A model generated the notes under the pieces. That model searched no databases. It saw nothing but the letters and a program-made list of their open reading frames with translations, and was not told the DNA's origin. A stretch of 64,000 nt of DNA from Alphaproteobacteria bacterium (GTDB lineage Bacteria > Pseudomonadota > Alphaproteobacteria > GM7ARS4 > G965262615): the NCBI GenBank assembly GCA_965262615.1, contig OZ253545.1, positions 672,001 to 736,000 on the forward strand. Reading direction: 5' to 3'. Of the stretch, positions 58,241 through 64,000 are shown piece by piece (the stretch's first letter is position 1; every line of letters begins with the position of its first letter). The translations under genes and the position numbers were made by a program.

Positions 58241-59502
58241 GTTTTTTTGCCTTTGAGTTTTTTGTACCATGTGGTTTGGCGGATTCTGTGCTGGAACGCT
58301 TTGAGGTCTGGGCGGACTATGCGCACGATCGCTTTGAGGGTTGGACGCATTCTGCGTTCGAACGCTCTGAGGTCTGGGCGGACTATGCGTCCGATCGCTT
58401 TGAGGGTTTGGCGGATTTTGCGTCCGAACGCTTTGAGGTCTGGGTGGACTATGCGTCCGATCGCTTTGAGGATTGGACGCATTTTGCGCTCGGGCGTTTT
58501 GATAACCTCCTTGAGAGAATCCTTGAGATCATCCCACAGATTTTCAGTTCCAGTATGATGTTGCAATTGATGCAAGGGGACATAGAATTGTGGCGGACGC
58601 TGCCATTGAGGCGGACGCTTGATGGTTTGTTCAAAATGATTTTTGAGTTCGGGAACATACCAAATGTTAAGAGGCTCAAAGGTTTCAGTGCCGTATTTGT
58701 CAATCATTTGCCAGATTTCATCCTTGCGCCAGTTGGGTGCATTATCTGGATATGGTGGTGGCGGCTGGTATCCTTGTCGCAGTCTTTGAGGCAGAGAGCG
58801 GGTGATGACTTTTTGTCCGTGCAAGGCGGGGTCGCTGTAGAACCGATTGATGCGGTGGATGTGGCTTTTGTCAAATCGGGCGTTTTTGAATTCCATCATG
58901 TGATACCATGCGTGTTGCCACAAGGCGCGTTGCCAAAAAACCCAATGGAAATGCAAAATCTCAAAGTGAGGCAGATAATGACACGCTTCATAGGGTGTCG
59001 GAATGGACCCGCCATGCACCCAAGAGCTTTTTCCATGGTGATACTGACGATCATCGTAAAAAAATTTAGCGTGGCGAATGGAGTGGAAGATATGGTTCCA
59101 GGGAGGACAGTATCGTGTGTTTTTTTTCCACAATCGTACCCAATCTATTTGAAATCCTGTGCCTATTTTGTAACGGCTTGCGATGTATTCTTTAAGATCA
59201 CGAAAGATGTTGGGCGGCGCGATTTCATCGGCATCAATGCAAACAATGAGATTGTTTCCGTCAAAGTTGCGGGCGGTGTCCAATAATAGATTGCGCCCTT
59301 GGGTGTCGTAGTTGCCATCGGGTGGTGAGGGTGGATTATCAATGAGGATGGCTTTGGTGCATTTTTTGATGATGGCGCGGGTGTCATCGGTGCTGTGCTG
59401 GTCGGCAATGATGATGTGATCACAGATTTGAGCCAAAGGCGGCAGGGTGTAGGGCAGAAGATGCTCCTCATTGCGAGTGAGCATGAGTCCAATGGTTTTC
59501 AT
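58237..59502 (-). CDS. GT2-family glycosyltransferase, paralogue 1 (22-aa C-terminal repeats)
   Basis: IDADE; R(P/Q)xLKAIxRIVxPDLxAF x3. Confidence 0.88.
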   Translation of the reverse strand: MKTIGLMLTRNEEHLLPYTLPPLAQICDHIIIADQHSTDDTRAIIKKCTKAILIDNPPSPPDGNYDTQGRNLLLDTARNFDGNNLIVCIDADEIAPPNIFRDLKEYIASRYKIGTGFQIDWVRLWKKNTRYCPPWNHIFHSIRHAKFFYDDRQYHHGKSSWVHGGSIPTPYEACHYLPHFEILHFHWVFWQRALWQHAWYHMMEFKNARFDKSHIHRINRFYSDPALHGQKVITRSLPQRLRQGYQPPPPYPDNAPNWRKDEIWQMIDKYGTETFEPLNIWYVPELKNHFEQTIKRPPQWQRPPQFYVPLHQLQHHTGTENLWDDLKDSLKEVIKTPERKMRPILKAIGRIVHPDLKAFGRKIRQTLKAIGRIVRPDLRAFERRMRPTLKAIVRIVRPDLKAFQHRIRQTTWYKKLKGKKT

Positions 59503-59508
59503 TTTGCA

Positions 59509-59537
59509 TTATTATGGGAGTTTTTTTTTCTTGTCAA
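59509..59537 (-). promoter_or_regulatory. Sigma70 promoter of GT array with poly(A)9 in the spacer, leaderless
   Basis: Minus strand TTGACA-AG-A9-CTCCCA-TAATAA, then 6 nt to ATG 59502. Confidence 0.7.
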
Positions 59538-59578
59538 TGTTTCTTGACAGTGGCGAGGGGTTCATGTTTCATGCTGTT

Positions 59579-60610
59579 ATGGACAAGAAGGAAGCACTGA
59601 AGGCGGCGATTGAGCAGATTGAGCGCGCCCACGGCAAGGGCTCGGTGATGCGGATGGGAGATGAGGGGGCGGCATCTGATTTGGAGGTGATTTCAACGGG
59701 CTGTTTGAGTTTGGACATTGCTCTGGGCACGGGAGGATTGCCGCGCGGGCGGGTGGTTGAGATCTACGGTCCCGAGTCATCTGGCAAGACCACATTGGCG
59801 TTGCATGTGGTGGCGGAGGCTCAGAAGGCGGGTGGTTCGTGTGCGTTTATTGATGCGGAACATGCACTGGACTCATCCTATGCGGAGAAGTTGGGTATTA
59901 ACATTGAGGATTTGCTGCTGTCACAGCCTGATTCGGGCGAGCAGGCACTGGAAATTGCCGACACACTGGTGCGCTCTGGTGGTGTGGATGTTGTGGTGGT
60001 GGATTCTGTGGCGGCACTGGTGCCACGGGCGGAATTGGAAGGCGAGATGGGCGATGTTCACATGGGATTGCATGCTCGCTTGATGAGTCAAGCATTGCGT
60101 AAGTTGGCGGGCTCGGTGGCGCGCTCCCATTGCGTGTTGATCTTCATCAATCAGACGCGCGTCAAGATTGGCGTGATGTTTGGCAATCCAGAGACCACCA
60201 CGGGCGGCATGGCGCTCAAGTTTTATTCATCGGTGCGCATTGAGATCAGACGCATTGGCGCAATCAAGGATAGGGACATGGTGACGGGAAATCAGACGCG
60301 CGCCAAGATTGTGAAGAATAAGCTGGCGCCGCCATTTCGCACGGTGGAGTTTGATATTATTTATGGTGAGGGAATCTCCAAGATGGGCAATCTGCTTGAT
60401 TTGGGTGTGGCGTTGGATATTGTTGAGAAATCGGGAGCGTGGTATTCCTATAGCGGCGAGCGCATTGGTCAGGGACGAGACAATGCCAAGAGGTATCTGG
60501 CGGACAATGAATCGGTTGCTCGCGCCATTGAGGCTGCCATTTATGAGAAATCGGGTTTGAAGTCATCCAAGTCTGGAGCGATGTCATCTCACAAACAAAA
60601 GGCGGGTTGA
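59579..60610 (+). CDS. recA: Recombinase A
   Basis: [35 protein letters not shown]. Confidence 0.99.
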   Translation: MDKKEALKAAIEQIERAHGKGSVMRMGDEGAASDLEVISTGCLSLDIALGTGGLPRGRVVEIYGPESSGKTTLALHVVAEAQKAGGSCAFIDAEHALDSSYAEKLGINIEDLLLSQPDSGEQALEIADTLVRSGGVDVVVVDSVAALVPRAELEGEMGDVHMGLHARLMSQALRKLAGSVARSHCVLIFINQTRVKIGVMFGNPETTTGGMALKFYSSVRIEIRRIGAIKDRDMVTGNQTRAKIVKNKLAPPFRTVEFDIIYGEGISKMGNLLDLGVALDIVEKSGAWYSYSGERIGQGRDNAKRYLADNESVARAIEAAIYEKSGLKSSKSGAMSSHKQKAG

Positions 60611-60626
60611 GGGCGATTGTGGCACG

Positions 60627-61127
60627 ATGGCAGGGCGGCAGGAGCGCGTGGATGAGATTATTCGTCCCATTGTTGAGTCGTTGGGCTATCGTTTGGTGCG
60701 ATTGATGGTGGAGCGGGGACGGCTGCAGGTGATGGCGGAGCATCAAGATTATCGTTCCATCGGACTTGAAGATTGTGTGCGTATCAGCCATAGTGTCTCG
60801 GCGGTATTGGACGCGGACGACATTATTCCAGAGTCTTACGATTTGGAGGTGTCTTCTTGCGGTGAGGAGCGACCTTTGTCTGTTTTTGGAGATGTGTCGT
60901 TTTTCATTGGCAGGGAGGCGGTGTTTGTCGTGAGGCAAGCCGACACCACACGCCGCTGGCGCGGTGTCATTGCGGGTGTCACGCAAGAGGAACAGACGGT
61001 GCAACTCTTGCTTTGTGATGGTTCTGAATTATATCATGATGTGCGGTGGCATGAGGTGACGAAGGCACATTTGCTGGCAATTGGCAAAAAACCGCAGGGT
61101 GGCAACAAAAAGAAGAAGAGGAAATGA
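60627..61127 (+). CDS. rimP: Ribosome maturation factor RimP
   Basis: LEDCVRISH.VSAVLD..D.I...Y.LEVSS.G.ERPL; upstream of nusA. Confidence 0.92.
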   Translation: MAGRQERVDEIIRPIVESLGYRLVRLMVERGRLQVMAEHQDYRSIGLEDCVRISHSVSAVLDADDIIPESYDLEVSSCGEERPLSVFGDVSFFIGREAVFVVRQADTTRRWRGVIAGVTQEEQTVQLLLCDGSELYHDVRWHEVTKAHLLAIGKKPQGGNKKKKRK

Positions 61128-62683
61128 TGGAAGAGGCGAACAAAGGCACGACTCAAGGAGCGTCCGACTTGTTGTTGGTGGCAACCAATGTCGCGCAGGA
61201 AAAGGGAATTGATCCAGACACCGTGCTGGAAGCATTGGAGCAATCCATTGCCAAGGCGGGACGCTCACGCTATGGGCAGGAATTTGATATTCGCGCCCAT
61301 GTGAATCGAGAAACAGGAGCAATCAGTTTGGCGCGCTATCGCGAGGTGGTGGAGGCGGTGGAAAATCAAGCCACAGAGGTTGAACTGAGCCAAGCACAGG
61401 GAATCAAAAAAGGCGTGACGGTGGGGGAGTTTATCACTGAGCCGTTGCCGCCGCCAGAATTGGGAAGAGTGGCGGCTTTGACGGCGCGTCAGGTCATGAA
61501 TTCTCGTGTGCGAGAGGCAGAGCGCGAGCGACAGTACGAGGAATTCAAGGATCGGCAAGGGGAGATTATCAGTGGCGTTGTCAAACGCAAAGAATACGGG
61601 CATGTGATTGTGGACCTGGGACGCGCCGAAGGATGCTTGCGCCGTGAAGAATTGCTGCAGCGTGAGACCTTTGAACGAGGCGATCGCGTGCGTGCCTATG
61701 TCAAAGAGGTGCGGCGGGATAACAGGGCACAGCAGATTTTGTTGTCTCGTTCGGATCCTCAATTTGTGGCGGGGCTGTTCACACACGAAGTGCCCGAGAT
61801 TTATGACGGACAGATTGAAATCAAGGCGGTGGCGCATGATGCCGGCAGCCGCGCTAAAATCGCCGTTCACGCTAAGGACTCCGCCATTGATCCTGTGGGG
61901 GCATGTGTGGGCATGCGCGGCTCGCGCGTGCAGGCGGTGGTCAGCGAACTCAAGGGCGAAAAAATTGACATTATTCCTTGGTCAGAGGACACCGCTTCCT
62001 TTGTGGTCAATGCCATGAATCCGGTAGAGGTCAGCAAGGTGGTGATTGATGAGGAGAAGCATGCCATTGAGGTGGTGGTGCCAGAATCGCAATTGAGTCT
62101 TGCCATTGGCAGGCGAGGACAAAATGTGCGGCTGGCGTCTCAATTGACAGGATGGCGCATTGATATTTTAACCGAAGCCGATGAATCCGAACGCCGCAGC
62201 GAAGAATTCAAAACCCGCTCGCAGATGTTTATTGATGAACTGGATGTGGATGATGTCATTGCACACTTGTTGGTGACCGAAGGATTTACCAAAATTGATG
62301 AAGTGGCACAAGTGTCGCTGGAAGAGATGCAGCAGATTGAGGGATTTGATGAGGCCATCGCCTCTGAATTGCATCATCGGGCGGTGGTGTGGCAAAAGGA
62401 GCAGGAGCAACGGTTTGTGGAGGATTGTCAGAAGTTGAAGATTGATGATTCCTTGTTGCAGCGTCCTCAATTGAATAAGGAGATGATTCTCATGTTGGGA
62501 AAACAGGGCGTTTGCAGTCGTGACGACTTGGCGGATTTGTCCAGCGATGAGCTGTTGGACATTGTCAAGCCGGACATTGCCATTAACCGTAAGGATGCCG
62601 ATGCCATTATCATGGAGGCACGAGGCTTGCCCTTGAAGACAGACGAGGATGAAGAAGAGAGTGAAGAAGGTGAAAAAGAATGA
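61124..62683 (+). CDS. nusA: Transcription factor NusA
   Basis: S1 and KH domains, DPVGACVGMRGSRV, AIGRRGQNVRLAS. Confidence 0.98.
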   Translation: MMEEANKGTTQGASDLLLVATNVAQEKGIDPDTVLEALEQSIAKAGRSRYGQEFDIRAHVNRETGAISLARYREVVEAVENQATEVELSQAQGIKKGVTVGEFITEPLPPPELGRVAALTARQVMNSRVREAERERQYEEFKDRQGEIISGVVKRKEYGHVIVDLGRAEGCLRREELLQRETFERGDRVRAYVKEVRRDNRAQQILLSRSDPQFVAGLFTHEVPEIYDGQIEIKAVAHDAGSRAKIAVHAKDSAIDPVGACVGMRGSRVQAVVSELKGEKIDIIPWSEDTASFVVNAMNPVEVSKVVIDEEKHAIEVVVPESQLSLAIGRRGQNVRLASQLTGWRIDILTEADESERRSEEFKTRSQMFIDELDVDDVIAHLLVTEGFTKIDEVAQVSLEEMQQIEGFDEAIASELHHRAVVWQKEQEQRFVEDCQKLKIDDSLLQRPQLNKEMILMLGKQGVCSRDDLADLSSDELLDIVKPDIAINRKDADAIIMEARGLPLKTDEDEEESEEGEKE

Positions 62684-64000
62684 GTGATGACGAGAACACC
62701 GTAGGAAATTCGCCACAAGGCACACGCAAGGTGGTGCAGCGCAGCCAGATTTGGCAAAATGTGTCGCGTGGTCGCTCGCGCGCGGTGACGGTGGAAGTCA
62801 AAAAACGCCGCTTTGGAGGGGCTGCGCCGCCGCCGCCGCAAAAAGATTCCAGCAAGGAGAAAGCGGACTCCACATCACTCAGTGCGACCGAGCGCGATCT
62901 GCGGCGGCAGGCTTTGGAACAAGCCGAAAAGAAAGCCAAAGAGCCGCCAAAGCCAGGGGCGCGTGGAAGTCAGCCAGAAAAAAAGGAAGAAAAAAAGCGC
63001 GTCATCAAGGAGACTAAGTTCAAAGAAGCAACACCGCCTCAAGGGGTGGTGCGTAAGAAATCACCATCTCACAGTAAGGGACGAATCAAGGAAAAAGAAC
63101 GCCGCAAGGGCAAACTCACCATCACCCAAGCATTGGATGAGGGCGGCGGCGAGCGGATGCGCTCACTGGCTGCCATTCATCGGGCACGAGAGCGGCAGCG
63201 ACAGGAAAGCAAAAGCGACAGCACGCAAGATGCCAGCCCGGTGGTGCGCGAAATTACCATCCCCGAGACCATTCGGGTGAGCGACCTCACCGCGCGCATG
63301 GCAGAAAAAAGTGCCGATGTCATCAAGACGCTCATGCAGCTGGGGGTGATTGTCACCATCAACGAGACCATTGATGCCGACACCGCCGAATTGGTGGTCA
63401 ATGAATTTGGACACAAAGCCAAGCGCATCAGAGAATCCGATGTGGAGATTGGATTGGACATTCAGGATGATGTGCAATCTTTGCAGGCGCGTGCCCCTGT
63501 GGTGACCATCATGGGACATGTGGATCACGGCAAGACTTCTCTGTTGGATGCGTTGCAAAAGAGTGATGTGGTGCGCGGCGAGGCGGGAGGAATCACCCAG
63601 CATATTGGGGCGTATCAAATCAAGACGGCGAAGGGACGCGTCATGACTTTTCTGGACACCCCTGGTCATGCGGCATTTACCGAGATGCGTCAGCGCGGCG
63701 CAAAAGTCACCGACATTGCGGTGATTGTGGTGGCGGCGGATGATGGTGTCATGCCGCAAACGGTGGAGGCTATTCATCATGCTCGAGCGGCGGGCGTGCC
63801 CATCATCATTGCCATCACCAAGATGGACTTGCCGGATGTCAAACCCGATGCCATTCATGATCAATTGTTGCAGCATGAGGTCATCACAGAGAAGCGGCGC
63901 GGCGATGTGTTGGTGTGTGAAATATCCGTGAAGAAAAAAGACACCCTCGTGCAGTTAGAAGATGCCATTGCCTTGCAGGCGGAATTGTTGGAGCTCAAAG
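62680..64000 (+). CDS. infB: Translation initiation factor IF-2 (runs off window)
   Basis: ATGA overlap with nusA; VTVEVKKRR, RAPVVTIMGHVDHGKTSLLD, GEAGGITQHIGAY, FLDTPGHAAF. Confidence 0.97.
   Translation, partial: MSDDENTVGNSPQGTRKVVQRSQIWQNVSRGRSRAVTVEVKKRRFGGAAPPPPQKDSSKEKADSTSLSATERDLRRQALEQAEKKAKEPPKPGARGSQPEKKEEKKRVIKETKFKEATPPQGVVRKKSPSHSKGRIKEKERRKGKLTITQALDEGGGERMRSLAAIHRARERQRQESKSDSTQDASPVVREITIPETIRVSDLTARMAEKSADVIKTLMQLGVIVTINETIDADTAELVVNEFGHKAKRIRESDVEIGLDIQDDVQSLQARAPVVTIMGHVDHGKTSLLDALQKSDVVRGEAGGITQHIGAYQIKTAKGRVMTFLDTPGHAAFTEMRQRGAKVTDIAVIVVAADDGVMPQTVEAIHHARAAGVPIIIAITKMDLPDVKPDAIHDQLLQHEVITEKRRGDVLVCEISVKKKDTLVQLEDAIALQAELLELK

Noticed and set aside
55027-58270. N-terminal extensions of GT ORFs in the ORF track (e.g. 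start 56259)
   Set aside because: Alternative frame of the upstream gene's tail; true starts are at the ATGA overlaps
49944-59286. Long + strand ORFs opposite the GT array (e.g. 49944-50954, 58231-59286)
   Set aside because: Antisense shadows of real genes, recurring because the genes are paralogous; no recognisable motifs
59560-59574. Alphaproteobacterial LexA box upstream of recA
   Set aside because: GTTC-N7-ATGC matches only one half-site of GTTC-N7-GTTC

Overview
Chromosomal window of an alphaproteobacterium, probably host-associated (inferred from ankyrin, TraT/Bor, many small OMPs and a giant adhesin-like protein). Housekeeping genes lie at both ends: accC'-accB-aroQ, efp-suhB and cbiX/cbiB on the left; cobQ and recA-rimP-nusA-infB' on the right. 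The main oddity is the rRNA locus. 16S, tRNA-Ile, tRNA-Ala, 23S and 5S keep canonical order and strand but are spread over about 14 kb. Fifteen protein-coding genes, almost all envelope proteins, sit in the spacers: TraT, Bor, a lipoprotein, three holin-like peptides, length-variable coiled-coil proteins and beta-barrels. There are internal promoters and terminators, and 5S appears to be the last cistron of an OMP transcript. Other notable loci: a 4830-aa lipoprotein with nine ~450-aa modules, an S8 protease domain and a putative barrel; a translationally coupled array of ten paralogous GT2 glycosyltransferases behind a promoter with a poly(A)9 spacer; a solo low-GC HNH nuclease; and a Fic/TM0106 islet at tRNA-fMet. 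All calls come from motif recognition by eye, with no database searches.
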